Notes under the pieces: model-generated
The model's input: only the letters and a program-made list of their open reading frames with translations
What the model was told of the DNA's origin: nothing
The model's database searches: none
Translations under genes and position numbers: made by a program
Assembly: GCA_965113315.1 (NCBI GenBank)
Contig: OZ220371.1
Origin: Podarcis vaucheri
Taxonomy: Eukaryota
DNA: 64,000 bases
Reading direction: 5' to 3' (one strand)
Shown here: piece after piece, positions 1 to 13,250 of the stretch
How positions within the stretch are numbered: the stretch's first letter is position 1
Layout: every line of letters begins with the position of its first letter

Positions 1-471
1 CAGTTTGTTGCCTTCAACATCCTATTAAAGAATTCCATGTATAGTTCTGTCTGTTTGTTTGAAAATAGGTCAACCACAATGAGTTGTTTTCAGTATGAAT
101 GTGACTGCTTACCTATTGAATACGAATTATTGTTCATGCTGGTACAGATGTGTGCCCTTGCTGCACTGCTCTGTTTATCTGCTTAACTGTATTGTAATCA
201 TTGCCTGCAGTGGTTCATGTATTTTTGATGGAAGTCAACCACTTACCTTGGAAGGTCCCATATCTATAATATTCAGTGAGATGATCTAGCTTCATATATA
301 TCTATATCTATATCTGCACCATGTATATGTGTATATATTACTGTTCCTTTAAAAAAATGAGAGTCATGGAATCATGCCAACAATCTGAGGTTCACAGCCA
401 GGTCAGCAATTTTGCGTATGTGTACATGTGATTATTTTACATGTAAGGGGACTCAAGTTGAGGTTGTAACA

Positions 472-724
472 CATGGGTAGGCAAACTAAGGCCCGGGGAC
501 CAGATCCGGTCCAATCACCTTCTAAATCCGGCCCGCGGACTGTCCAGGAATCAGTGTATTTTTACATGAGTAGAATGTGTGCTTTTATTTAAAATGCATC
601 TCATGGTTATTTGTGGGGCATAGGAATTCATTCTTTTTTTTCTCTTTCAAAATATAGTCTGGCACCCCACAAGGTCTGAGGGACAGTGGACTGGCCACCT
701 GCTGAAAAAGTTTGCTGACCCTTG
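472..724. mobile_element. Non-autonomous hAT/Charlie MITE, OC1 (OposCharlie1)-like
   Basis: Imperfect TIRs CATGGGTAGGCAAACT ... AGTTTGCTGACCCTTG. The subterminal segment AAGGTCTGAGGGACAGTGGACTGGCC resembles the OC1 end as I recall it. No intact 8-bp TSD. Confidence 0.8.
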
Positions 725-1044
725 TTTCTTTTCCCTAAAATTTGTTCAACAGGCCATACATTGTCTCACAGATAAGTAGCAAACCCTGGATTGTTTTTAC
801 AAAACTGTTCTCCCATCCCCAGCAATGGGCCAATGCCCTCATTGGTTTTTTTGTGACTGTGCTCCTTTCCCCGGGAGGGAAGAAGGGAAATGTGAGTCCT
901 GTTTTCCTAGTCAGATCAGCCAGATCCAGGGAGGGTGAAGTACCTGCCTCCCCCAGCTTCCCTTCCCTTCTCCTTCTCAGCCTCCCCACCATGTCATCTT
1001 CCTGTTTGCCCTTCCTGTCAGTCTCAGCCTGCCACTCCTCTCCT

Positions 1045-1146
1045 GGCCCTGGAGATATCTTTGTGCTCAGGACAATATTGGGGACAGAACCTAGCACCTT
1101 CTGCATGCAATGCCAATCCTATACTTCTCAGCCATGGCCCTCCCCC
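1045..1146 (-). mobile_element. tRNA-derived SINE 5' fragment (Squam2/Anolis SINE2-like)
   Basis: GGGACAGAACCTAGCACCTTCTGCATGCAA...CAGCCATGGCCCTCCCC is the reverse complement of the tRNA-like head (GCATGCAGAAGGT..AGGTTC, B-box region). Confidence 0.65.
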
Positions 1147-2479
1147 AAGGGACAGCTGGTCCAAGGCATGCAATGCTGCTGGAGAGGAGAAAGATGTGCC
1201 ACGACATCTCTGTCCTACCAGGGTTGCCCCTTTGTGGCTGCAATGTCTAGAGACAGCTACAACCTTTTCTGTTTTATGTGTACTTCCTCCAGATCAATAG
1301 GACTGGAGAAAACCTGAAGGGCCTGTCTTAAAGCAGTGCCCCTCCTTGCTTTAAGAAAGGCCCTTTTATACGTCTTCATACACCTTCCACGTTGAACAGG
1401 ATTACTACTATTTGAATAGCTCCCTAAACTACCACAATTTCTTTAAAAATAAAATAGGGGAGAGGGTTGTTGCCCTTGGCTATGGAAGTTATTAGATCAC
1501 CTTGAAATCATGATCTACCTTTATGGGAAGGATTTTATTCACCGCATATTTACAGAAGTTCAAACCAGAGATCAGATAAAACTTTACATAGGAGAAAGGA
1601 CACAGAACCAACCCCCCCCCCAATATTTTAAGCTCGCCAACTTTCTAATGTGTCAAAACAGAGGTGGACACATTTGAAAACTAAAAGGCAGGAAGGAAAT
1701 TTAATGCTACCAGCTTCTGGTTCTTGATCTTGGAGAGGTTCCCTCCCCCTACTCCATTCCCAGCCCTTTTATTGTGTACAAAGAAATGCACGGCAGGCAT
1801 GGTGCTCATACAGCAGGCTTTTCCACGCTCTAATAGCTCCAGTTTATAGCCCGTGCAGCAGAAGAACAGCTTTGCTTTCTCTCAGCCCTCCATTACCAAC
1901 CCTAGGAAAAGCCACTAAAATCACCACAAGCAAATTACGGAGGCCTCAAAAACAGCATATCCCTTTTCCAGTGGAATGCTATTACACCTGCACACGTCAA
2001 CAGTGCCATGCCTGAGTGATCACTTTTGGTAGTGCAGATTGTTAAAGGTGATGACAGCCACCACAGCACACAGCTGAGTAAGGTACGTGAACCAGTAAAG
2101 CAGTAAGTGGTATATTAGAATAAGGAGAGCACTAGATAGTGGACTGTCCTGTTCTTTGCAGGGATTGATTCTGTGCCCCCGGCACATCTGCTGGTGCTGC
2201 AATCTTCATTTTGAATCCTATACCTGCTCTGTACCCACCCCCTCCATTGGTGAAGTTCTGCTTTTCCCTGCCATCCTTCTCACCATGACATGAAAATATT
2301 TTCATATGTATTTTTGAAGTCCTACAATTTCCATATATTTTCATGTTGGCAGCACTGCATCTGTGAAACAGCTTGTATGACAAAAACTGAAAAGTTATCA
2401 AGTTAGAAGAAATGCTTGAAATAGGTATCTTAAGTTATAATTTTCACATTTAAAAAAAGTTTTTTAGATGTGGATTTTT

Positions 2480-2509
2480 ACACACACACACGCACACACA
2501 CACACACAC
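2480..2509. repeat. (CA)n microsatellite
   Basis: Seen directly; one interruption. Confidence 0.95.
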
Positions 2510-2689
2510 TGAATGAGCAACCTGTGCCCTTTCAGATGATGTTGGAGTCCAATTGCCATCAGCTCCAGCAATGACAATTGTCCTTGAGACAACCATTGCA
2601 CATTTGTATCCTTCTTTCCTTCTTTTGTTGTTTTATTCTCACAGTGTCCATGTAGGGTATGCTAGAAAGAGACAGTAACTGGATCCAAG

Positions 2690-2785
2690 TTCACAGAGTC
2701 AGACTAATGGCTAAGCAGATGGGCTTCAAGGCCCATCTCCAAGTCCAATCCAAGTCCAGCCAACTAACCACTCCACCATGCTATC
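2690..2785 (-). mobile_element. Degenerate MIR/Ther1-derived SINE fragment
   Basis: AAGTCCAGCCAACTAACCACTCCACCATGCT resembles the reverse complement of a MIR-type tRNA head. Confidence 0.4.
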
Positions 2786-5521
2786 TGTTCAGCTTATCCA
2801 GTTAGTGAGACACAATAATTAACTTTTGCAGCGTGAACTGTCAGTCTATTAAGAGACTGTAGAGAAATAGCAAAGATAATTTAAGAGAGACATGTCTCAT
2901 GCAAGACATGGCCCACGTGGTGCCCTTCAGATGTTACTGAGCTAGAATTTCCATCAGCCTCAGCCAGCATGGCCAATATTTAAAGATGGTCTGAATTCAA
3001 CCACTTCTGGAGTGTAGCAAGTTGGTTATGCTTGCACGATCTCTCACCACAAAGTTGGTGGGAGTTGGTAGGAAAGTTGTCAGTTTCGCTGGCATTAAAG
3101 CCTTGGCGACAACTGGTGACTTTGCAGGATAGACTGCGGACTGAGAAGAGGTCCTAGGATGCAGGGATGGTAAAGGATAGCTATAAGGGTGAAAAGTAGA
3201 GAGCTGATTAAAGACAACCCCTCTCCTCAAAAAAAGGATGTGGACAACACAATTTAAGGGAAAGAGAAGAGGAGACTGGGAACTAAGAACATTAAAGCTG
3301 AAGGGGTTGTATGCTCCCGTGGGCAGGATAATGTTAGAAAGCAAGAGTCTCATTTCAGATATTTTGAATCCTTTCATATGTTTAGAATGTGTTGCAGGAG
3401 ATAGGGGATAGGTTCATATGGACGGCCCCTACTTCTGAGGTCCACTTGAAGGCTCCTCCATATATTCATCTGGAGAACAAACTAGAGTCTATGTGTACAC
3501 AACTGTTCTCTCCATGCCACTGGGAGTCTTACACTTTCAAGGGACCCCTTTTCTGAAGGAAGTCACATACAATCATAAATTGTCCAACAGCAGTATTTTT
3601 CAGCAGCAGCACCCCATCTTTTTTAGGTTGCTTACTGTTGCCTGTCTTATATATGCTGTGAATGTTCAAAGAAAACTGCCAAAAGGAATTACTTCTCTCT
3701 CTCTTTTGCACCTGTAGGAACTTTTCCTTCTACTGCTGATTTGCATATCAGAGCTTTCTTTTGTCAAGATCATAGCTGGGAAGGGAAGGATTTAATAACT
3801 CATTTCCCACTTGTGATGTGGCTGCAACAAAAAATGGGGTCCCTAAGTCACCTATTAAATTCAAATATCCTAGATGCAGTTGATAGCCACACAGTTAATG
3901 TCTGTTAGTGCTAACACTTGGAAAAGCAGACGGTTGCCCATATTGTTAGGAAGTGTGAGGCGACTTGCAAAGGTCTGAACCATTAAGTCCTGTGCAGACG
4001 TTCCTTTAGACAGAGGTTGAACACAAGGAGAATAGAGTTTTTTGCATGCATTCTGCAAACAATAATTCAGTAGTAAAATCTCTTACAGTGCTAGTCATAG
4101 GTAACAACTGAATGCCTATTATTTCTTTGAAATGTTCAGCCACCACCTTTTCCTAATTAGTCTTCAAACTGTCCTTGAACTTGCTAGTATGCGGTAAATT
4201 GCAGGGAGAAAACCAGAAAATTATTAGCTTGAGTGAACTATCCTAACAAAACCTGTTTTTAAAAGACAGCACTTCTCATCCACCAATGCATTATCACGAG
4301 TTCTCTTTGGATAATTGGTTCGGGTGGCTTACCTCTGATTTGATTTCTATTGTCAATTATGTGATCTGATAGTACTTTCCAAAGTAGAATTTCCTCTGCA
4401 TTTCATAAGTAAATACAGAAAAGCCAGTAATTAGAACCTGTACCTTTTAAATTATGAAAATGTATTATGCAGACACGCTTTTCTCCCCTGTAGCATGTGT
4501 TTATTTCAATTTCACGATACAAAGAAGAGCTTTATTTTGCTTTATTATGGACAGTTGTTACATGAATTACAAAAGAATTTTATTGGCTATAAGAAGTGAT
4601 GATTCTCATGCAATCTGCTTCCTTAAGATAAGTTACTAAAGTTCTTTCTTCCAGGCCCAGAGGCTTGCTGACAGAATTGTGAATTTAAACAAGATTAAAG
4701 TTATGATAATGGTCTTCCATTATGAAAACTGTTGATGGCTAGTTACACAGAAGCTGGAATACCGCAGTGTGTCTTCATGGATTTCTTTCATCTTTAAATA
4801 TGCATTAAATAAACTATTTGTCCTCTTATTTAGTGGGATATGGTGGAACAAATTCACTGTATTATGCCAGAACCCCTTCCCCATTTATTTATGTAGGCTA
4901 AAGAAAGCTTATATCTTAATCAGAGAATTTAAACTACTGACAAAAGTAAATGGTTGATTCATATTTGCGTATTGACCCTAATAGACTGTGCATGAATTTA
5001 TAGCCATGGGGGTGGGGTGGGGGTGGAACTGAAGTTATGCTTCATTATTTAACTCTATTACCCCTCCCCCCCAATAGTTAGGTGCAAACCTTCCCACTGC
5101 AACTTTTAAGCAGTCTTAATCTTCCAGTTGTTTCAGCAAGCAGAGATTTCTTGCTGGAGGTAGCATAATATGTTTTAGTTATGTATTATTTAAGATTTGT
5201 TAAATGAAGATTCTCATCAGCACAGATCACCATGTTGCTATGAAAACACAACTGCTTTTCAGACACTGCACTGAACCTTTGAAGGGGAAAAGGACCATGA
5301 ATGTCATCTACATTTGTGACCTCCACATTTTCAGTTTATAATGTGGCATATGTATGGAGGTCAGGAACATGGGGTCCCCCTCAAATCCATGTGAAATGCC
5401 CAAAGAAACATTGCCTAAACCTGTGACAGAAGTCAAGAAGGCAAGGAAAGGAAATGGACAGTATTTAACAGCCTGGTTATCCTTTAATTAGGTTCCGAGT
5501 CCACATATAGTGTAACCTTTA

Positions 5522-5656
5522 AGGGTAGACAACATGGTGCCTTCTAGATGCTACTGGACAGCAACTCTCATCACTCTCAGCCAAGATAGTCAATGGTGTT
5601 AGGAATGAAGTTGTAGTCCAGTAGAATCTGGAGAGCACCATATTGGCTAACACTGC
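5522..5656. mobile_element. Palindromic hAT MITE (GGACTACAACTCCCATCA family), degenerate
   Basis: CTAGATGCTACTGGACAGCAACTC ... GTTGTAGTCCAGTAGAATCTGG inverted arms. Other degenerate copies at ~2512-2580, ~2905-2980, ~8335-8400. Confidence 0.7.
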
Positions 5657-8049
5657 TAGGTCAGAGAAATAATACTAGAGGAATTTGCTAGGTCTGCATT
5701 TCAAACTGAACCGAACTGACCCTCACCTTCTGGATTAATGTGCAGATCTGACCATAGTTATACTCTGAATTTTGCACACATCTGAATTTGCACATCATTA
5801 TATTTGCCTTGTTGCGAGATGATCCGAGGGCTGCCTTTAAAGTTTTCATGTATTTGTATTTCATTCTAAAGGTAACATTAGAAAGATTCTTTGATCATTG
5901 ATCTTTCTCTTTCTCTCAATTTTTGTCGGTTTGTGAAAATAACCCTGCTGTTCTGACAAATAAGTATGGTGAAGTCTGCTGTGAGGTACAAAGTTAAAAG
6001 CATCTTAGTGGCACCAGCAACCCTAAAATATTATATCTACACATACATACATACCTCACCCTCCTGCATTCTCAACACCTAAAAGGCTGTGAAAATGGTT
6101 TCATTAAAAAATAACAAGCACGGGCTCACTAGGGGATAGATCAGGGCAAACCACATAAAATATTCTTCAATCATTGCTCAAGTAGGTCAACTAGAATTAA
6201 TTCAGAGGGCAAACATTCAAATTGAGCCTGCTGCTTCCCAACCCCCAACTTGCACCACACACACACGCCGAATGGCCCTTCTCCCCATCCTTTGACACAG
6301 CCAAGTGGAAAGCCTAGCATGCCAATTATTTGATTTGAAGAAAGCACTATCATGTTGTCCTGGTGACTTGCCTCCGTATCATATTGTAAACCTAGAAAAA
6401 CTCATCTGAAGCCTATGCCTCTCTATATAGAATGTTTCTGGTTTGTTGTCTCTAGGTCCAAATATGTAGTGAAATCTCAATAGAAACAAACAAACAAAAA
6501 ACAATTCTCCCATAGCCCTGCATGCCAAAACTGAATTTATTTCACCTCTGACCCTTTGGGAAGACCTTTCAATCACCAATGACAAATTATTTGGAAAGCC
6601 CTAGCAAAACTATTTTTTCAGTAGTTTGGGCATTAGTGTTTTCATCAAACGATGGGGAATTTGGCAACTTAGAAATCTATTTTGTGAGAAACACCCTTGG
6701 TTTCTAAGTTATTTTTAAGACTTGCCCAGGAAATATCTGCATGAAAGAAGTGGAAGTGGAGCAAAATACAGGTAGGAAAAAAAACTGGAACACAAGCTGT
6801 CACATAGCTGTGTAGAAATTAGTTTGAGGAATCAATTTTTGGGAACATTCTTCCATAACATCAAACCCTAAACAGACAACAACAAAAGCTGTTCTATCAC
6901 TGCCCTGTGGCACCATAATAAGTGGGTGACTATTCAGCAGATAGTAGGGGAGGTACTACTATTTGAAGATACTATTTGGGAGAAGAAGAAAGTAATAAAT
7001 GAAGCCTTAGAACAAAGAAAAAATGCTGGGTACGACTGGATGCTGATATTAAACATAACTTGCACAGTTGTATAAATTCAACCTAAAGTGAAGATATGCA
7101 GGATGAGGTGCTAACTATTTACTCCAATGTATATGCTTAAGCTTTCCCAACATAATACTGTAATAATTCAATCTGTTTCAATTCAACTTGAACCCATGCA
7201 GTTTCTTCAACCACACCATTACGACTCTCTGTTTTAGAAACCCTGCTCATATTAGCCCTTCAACATTCAATCCATAAAGGTTGTCCTTGGTTGCAGAGGT
7301 CATTTGTTCTACATAATTCTTCACTCAATAGAAAGTACTTCTGACGCACCTTCATTGCATTAATTCCCTTAATGTTTTCAGCTTTTTGAACATTGAGAGG
7401 CTAGCTGATTACTAGTTGTGCTTAAAGAGACTTGTGGTAATGCAGTTTACAAATCACATTTAAAGACAAAACACCCTTCCCAAGTGAGCCATTTCTATTT
7501 CTTTCTCTGCAAAAAGTGGGATGACAAAAAATAATAATATGCAGATCACTAGCAAAGAAAAGCAATGCTACGTTAAAAATAAATGAATGTGCAAGCTCTA
7601 ATCAAAACACCATCATTTTAAAAAAGAAAGGAGAAACGGGGGCTGGGGGGAGCCCTTCAACTACAAGCTTGTGATATCTGGTCAGAAAAGGTTAACTCTG
7701 GAGGGGGCACCTGCAGCAACAGCTTTCCACTGTGGCCTTTCTAATGTAACAGCTGTCACAGTTTAAGTCGCTTCATCCCCACTGCCCTAGCAAAGCTAAT
7801 TAACCCTATCTCAGGGAAAAAAACCACAGCCTGCTGGCTTAATAAAGATGTGCTGCTTTCTTGACACTGTCATTATGAAGATTCACAGGGTGGCAGCCAG
7901 CTTCTGCGTTCTGCTTAGATCTCGTTTGCTGAACAGCCAAGACGGGAAGTGCAACACAACTGACAGAAGGGAAAAGGGAGGCAGTATACCACATTTGGAT
8001 TAAAGAAGTGCAGCCATGTTTGTCTGCCTTAGGAAAACAGAACCATAAA

Positions 8050-8118
8050 TGTGTGGCACCTTAGGAGTCATTGGGGTTACCGTAGCATGAGCTTTCGTGG
8101 ACATTGTCATCATATGCA
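8050..8118. mobile_element. Penelope-like element terminal-repeat relic
   Basis: GTGGCACCTTAGGAGT...TAGCATGAGCTTTCGTGGAC...CATCATATGCA resembles the reptile Penelope terminal segment that carries a minimal hammerhead on the opposite strand. Confidence 0.5.
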
Positions 8119-8489
8119 GGAAGCAGACAGAGAACAGGCACAGGAGTCCAGGTAGGACTGAAGACAAAACAAGTTAAAAAGAAAAGAAAAGCACAATTCA
8201 TCTTCTCTTTTAAACACAACAAAAATCAATGTCTTTGAGTACTTCCCTGCTCTGCTCTGCCCCCTGCCCCTGTGCTTTTGCATATCTACTAAACCAAATA
8301 CATGCAAAAGTACTGCAGGGATTTCTCTTCTCATGGTGGAACATGCAGCCTTCCAGATGCTGCAAGACTACAACTCCACCATCCCTAACCATTGGTCATG
8401 GTTTAAATATAAGTTTAAATGTAAGTTGCTGGTTAGCTTGTGTGGGGAGAATGCTGTTGCCCTTATGCCCTGCTTGTGGGCTTCTCATA

Positions 8490-8582
8490 TCTCTGTCTCT
8501 ATCGATCACCACTGTCAGAACAGGATACTGGACTAGATGGGCCTTTGGTCTGATCCAGCAGGGTGGTTCTTGTGTTCTTAGA
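8490..8582 (+). mobile_element. CR1-type LINE 3' end
   Basis: GAACAGGATACTGGACTAGATGGGCCTTTGGTCTGATCCAGCAGGG...TGTTCTTA terminal motif. Related copies at 10645-10780 (-) and 14500-14632 (+). Confidence 0.7.
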
Positions 8583-9552
8583 GGATGATCATACAAATTT
8601 AACATGAGCTCATTCAGTTTTGCACCATGTTCGCCTAGGAAAATCATGGAATTAAGCGCCGTCAGTCTGTCTAGGTAATAATGACAGATATTAGAATTTC
8701 GCATCAAATGGGGAAGCCATTTTATTTTAAATAAGTTCTTCCGTGCAAGGTATACAGATCACTTTATTGTACTATTACAAAGATTATTATCCAAAACATT
8801 CTCCCTAGCTCTCATTTACATTTAAGTGCCGTTTCTGCTATAATTGATTGTGTTGCTCTCACACTTCATAATTTAATGTGGCTGAGGCCTATTTGGGCTT
8901 CATAGAATTGGTCTCTTTATTACGCCCTTGGGCTGCAATTGTCTAAATGTAGTTTTTCCCCTTTTCTTTTTTCTATATAAAATGCTTCTCTCTATTACCT
9001 GTAAGCTTAGTCCCACAGGACAGAAAAGAATTTATACTACTAAACTTGTATAAATGGAGACAAAGACTTCTGTGTCTAGAATCAAACTGTTCTCCCACTC
9101 GCTCCAACTGCATACCTAATCACAGGAAGCTATTTTCCACCACTTTGTGCAAGAAAAATATCTTTCCCTGCTGAGTATTTATGTTCCACATCTCATTATC
9201 ATGAAACTAGAAACGATCAAGTTTTGAACTGGTCAAAATGCTAGGAACTGCAGACTCAAGTCTTAATGGGAGTTTGTAGTGTAAAAGCTAAACTCCGAAC
9301 ATTGCTTAGCCTTGAACATGGGTGTCACAACTCTTGCAGACCTCTAGCCCTATGATCTGTTACACAGTTTATTATGTTTCAGAGGTTGCATCAGGAAGAA
9401 ACATTGCCACTGTCCTTCACAATTTTCTTTTTAAAAAGCTGCAATTTTTTGTACGTTTTGTACAGTGTCTTTCAAATCATGTGCTTCTGAGAGATTTTAC
9501 AGCATTAATTTTAGATTCCCTATAAAAATGATGTGGACTTTGTTTTAAACAC

Positions 9553-9553
<1 letters not shown>

Positions 9554-9598
<45 letters not shown>

Positions 9599-9902
9599 TC
9601 TTTATTGTCATTGCCCCCTCTCGGGGACAACAAATTACTTAGCTGCTCCATCCACCCAGGTAGGGCACTCCACACAAAATCAAAACAACTATAAAAACAC
9701 TAATTAAAACAATACAGTATAATACAGCAAGGAAGATTAGATGACTTTCAAAGTCCAGGCTTCCCATTCAGGGCCGAGATCACTCTGGAGAAGAAGCTGT
9801 TCTTAAGACGGCTCGTTCTTGTCTTCATCATCCTGTATCTCCGTCCCGACGGCAGGAGCTCGAAGAGACAGTGACCAGGATGCGATGGATCTTTTACTAT
9901 GT
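9554..9902 (-). mobile_element. Rex1/Babar LINE, 5'-truncated, with (ATT)n tail
   Basis: The minus strand translates to IVKDPSHPGHCLFELLPSGRRYRMMKTRTSRLKNSFFSRVISALN, the typical Rex1/Babar C-terminal motif. AATAAA and an (AAT)n tail lie at 9554-9606. Confidence 0.88.
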
Positions 9903-10434
9903 CCAGTGCCTTCCTATGGCACCTTGTGGCATAAATCTCAGTATAATGATTTTGTGTGTGTGCACCATCTAATTGGTAGAAACAGTTTCCACGGCCTGCC
10001 CTCTTTCTACCAAAGTGTTTTCTGAGAGGGGATGAGAAAGCAGAAGAAGGTGCACATCAGTTATGACAGAAAGTTGGTGTGTACCTAATTAGAGGAAACC
10101 ACAGCCAAAGAAGAATTTTAAGAGCACTTTTCTGATGCTCAGAGTTCACTGAATCAAACAGAATAGAAAAAAAGACAGGTTGCCCAATCAAACACCCAAT
10201 CACAAAACATTTGTTTTATGTATCTGTTTTGAAGCATAGAAGTTACTTTTTATATCTTTTTAGGATTTAGTACTCTGAAATTTAGACCCAAACGGAATAT
10301 AAACAGCAGGGATGACAGGCTCTCATATTAAGAAATAAAGGGATAGCAGCAACTCACCAGCAATAGCAAGTTATTGCCCAGTGAAAAAGAGGCGGGTTCC
10401 CCATTCAACTAACTACCATTGAGAATGTAACAAT

Positions 10435-10780
10435 ATGTGACCAACAGTCCAGCATCTTGTTTCCTAACCTAATGTCATACACAAGACATTGCATGCAACC
10501 TCTAGAGCTGAAGAGCACTTGGCTAACAACCACTGACAGGTTTTCCCTCCATCCGTTTGTCCAATATCCCTTTGAAGTCCTCTAAGCTAAATTAATCATA
10601 TGTTGTGGAAAAAGGATCCTGCAAAGCTCTCCTGTATCCTGTTTAAGAGCATAAGAAGAGCCTGTTGGATCAGGCCAATGGTGACCACTCCAATGCCTTT
10701 GGGAAGCCGTCAAGCCAAGCTCAAGAGCGCTCTCCCCTGCTGAGGTTTCCAGCAGCTGATATTCAGAAGCATTACTGCAT
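10435..10780 (-). mobile_element. CR1-type LINE 3' fragments (two adjacent)
   Basis: AGTCCAGCATCTTGTTTCC and TAAGAGCATAAGAAGAGCCTGTTGGATCAGGCCAATGG terminal motifs. Confidence 0.6.
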
Positions 10781-12707
10781 CAGCTTGTATCACATTTGGC
10801 AGCAAGGGGTGGGTCATGCTCATGAATCATGCTCCATGTGCTGCATTGTGAAGATACTTGCTGTTCTTTCTCCTGGTATAGTGTGCAGGATCTGAGCTGA
10901 GAAAAGCAAAGCAAGCTGTCATCAGAAGACCATATGGGAAGCTATACTCATTTTACAACAATTTACAGACTTCAATAAAGCTACAGTTTTAGCTCTGACA
11001 CAATTGCTCTTGTAGGATGGGGTTGAGCACTGCTTGGGGTTACCAGTACATGCAATAAACACTGGTTGACCTATCTTCTCATTCAGATGTAACAAAAGAT
11101 TGTCATTATATACTTGATGTGATGAAGGTAAGGCTGGTGTCTTCAACCTTTTCAGACCAAGGACCTATTTTTAACGCAAACATGCATATGGGCCCTGTTT
11201 ATAATCTTTTATTGTATCTTTGTGTGATAGTAGTGCTCCTGTTGTGACCCACTATGGGTCTGGCCACAACCCACTAGTGAGTCCCCACCTACTACTTGAA
11301 GATCAGTGGGGTAAAGGACCACATTTATCCATCTGCTCTTCTTTTCCACTCGGAGAGATCCAAGCTGGGACAGTTAGAAAGCAAGATTCCTTCCCTAGGA
11401 AGGATGAATCTCTGGCACAGCAAGCACTTCAGGCCAGCAGGACCTCAATATGAGGCTCCTTAGATCACTGCAGAGAGAAGGAGATGGGCAACAGGCATCA
11501 TGTGGCCTTCTGCCTAGCTTCTCCCTGTCCAGGTTTTCAAATGGGCATGAAAAATGCACCAGTTCAATCCCTCTGCTGAAGATTATTCACATGGTTTGGC
11601 ATTCACAATCTGGAGTGCTGTGGTTGGAAGTGGGCATCCAGCCATGTGTGGGCCCTGGCAGATGCTCAGCCATGCTGGCTGCTGATGCCAACCCTGGCAC
11701 TTATGCTAAACACGTTCACTTATGACCTCATTGGTTTTAACAGCACTTTGAAATAAGTGTCCAATAATCTAATTCTTAAGCTATTTGTAGAGCAAATATG
11801 GGGTGGGTGGGTTAATAAGCCTAATTCAACATGCCATGTGTTGCTCCTGTTTTTGTCACAGCCACAGGGAGGCTCTTAAATACGCAAGTGGATGATTTGT
11901 ATTTGATCCTGCCAAAGCAACTTAGGACAGGCTGAGTAAGGGCCTTCAAGCAGGTATAGCCCTCAAAAGAGAGAAAAGAAAGAAGCACATCCTGGGTTCA
12001 TGGCCATGGTGGCTGCAAAACTACACAAGGTGATTTCCCACCCATTTGCCTCCCTTAAGGTTGCAAAATGTGTAAACAAAAATGTTTCTGAAGGAACACC
12101 AGGAGTTTCTATTTTTCTACATTCTCAGAAAGGAAGCCAACCCTTGGGAAAAGACATTCCCCCTGCAAACAACAACAACAACGCAACGCTGTGAAATCTT
12201 CATTGCTCACAGAAAAGGGAGCAACAGATGCAAGTCTGTTGATATAGAAATTATATTCCACTACCAGATGGTATTTTTCTGAGAGTTCTGAAAAAAATTA
12301 AGAGACAGAAGACTCTAAAGCAACTAACAAAATATTTAATTCATAATTAAATGTAAAGCAATATACTTGATGGCTGTCAACACTTTAGTCATGGGTAATC
12401 TCCACCTGTCATTCTGCAAGAAAAGAGCAAGTAGAAGCCATAAAACTCTGAACAGCTGCTGGGTGGTATTTACCTTCACAGGTAAAGGCTTCTTCAACTG
12501 TCAAAAGCAGTGGAAAGATAAAGGCAATCCTGAATATTACCACACAGTCCAGCATCATGACAATAAACTGGTGAGTAGTGTGAAATACAACATCTCTAGT
12601 GAGAGTTGGAGGAAAGGAGATGAAGATGGGTGACCAGGCAGTCCAAGACAAGAGTGCTCAGGAAATAAGGGGAGATGAAACTGCAAGCTGCAACCTGCAA
12701 AACCTCT

Positions 12708-13250
12708 AATAATAATACTAATTAAAAAATTTATTTATATCCCACCCTCCCCAGCCAAAACCGGGCTCAGAGCGGCTAACAACAATAAAATAAATACAAC
12801 ATTCTAAAATCATTTCATTATAAAATTAATTCAAATCAGATTAATGGCAGCCATTGGGCTGTAGTTCCATGAGGATTGCCAAAGGAAGGGGTCAGGCTGT
12901 GCCCTGGCTAAAGGCCTGGTGGAACAGCTCTGTCTTGCAGGCCCTGCAGAAAGATGTCAAATCCCGCAGGGCCCTAGTCACTTGTGACAGAGCGTTCCAC
13001 CAGATCGGAGCCACAGCCGAAAAAGCCCTGGCTCTGGTTGAGGCCAGCCTAACCTCTCTGTGGCCCGGGACCTCCAAGATGTTTTTGCTTGAAGACCGTA
13101 AGGTCCTCTGTGGGACATGCCAGGAGAGGCGGTACAAGGGTCCTAGGCCATATAGGGCTTTAAAGCTTAAAACCAGCACCTTAAACCTGATCCTGTACTC
13201 CACCAGGAGCCAGTGCAGCTGGTTTAGCACTGGTTTAGCACTGGGCAGAA
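12708..13250 (-). mobile_element. L2 LINE, 3' part (ORF2 C-terminus, 3'UTR, tail)
   Basis: PVLNQLHWLLVEYRIRFKVLVLSFKALYGLGP...RTLRSS...RAFSAVAPIWWNAL...KTELFHQAF is a canonical L2 ORF2 C-terminus. The L2-type 3' end TTTATTTATATCCCACCCT...GGGCTCAGAGCGGCT is followed by an AAT-rich tail. Confidence 0.92.

Noticed and set aside
742-1317. 191-aa ORF (longest in the window)
   Set aside because: Non-ATG start, low-complexity Ser/Pro/Leu content, runs through an antisense SINE fragment, no recognisable domain.
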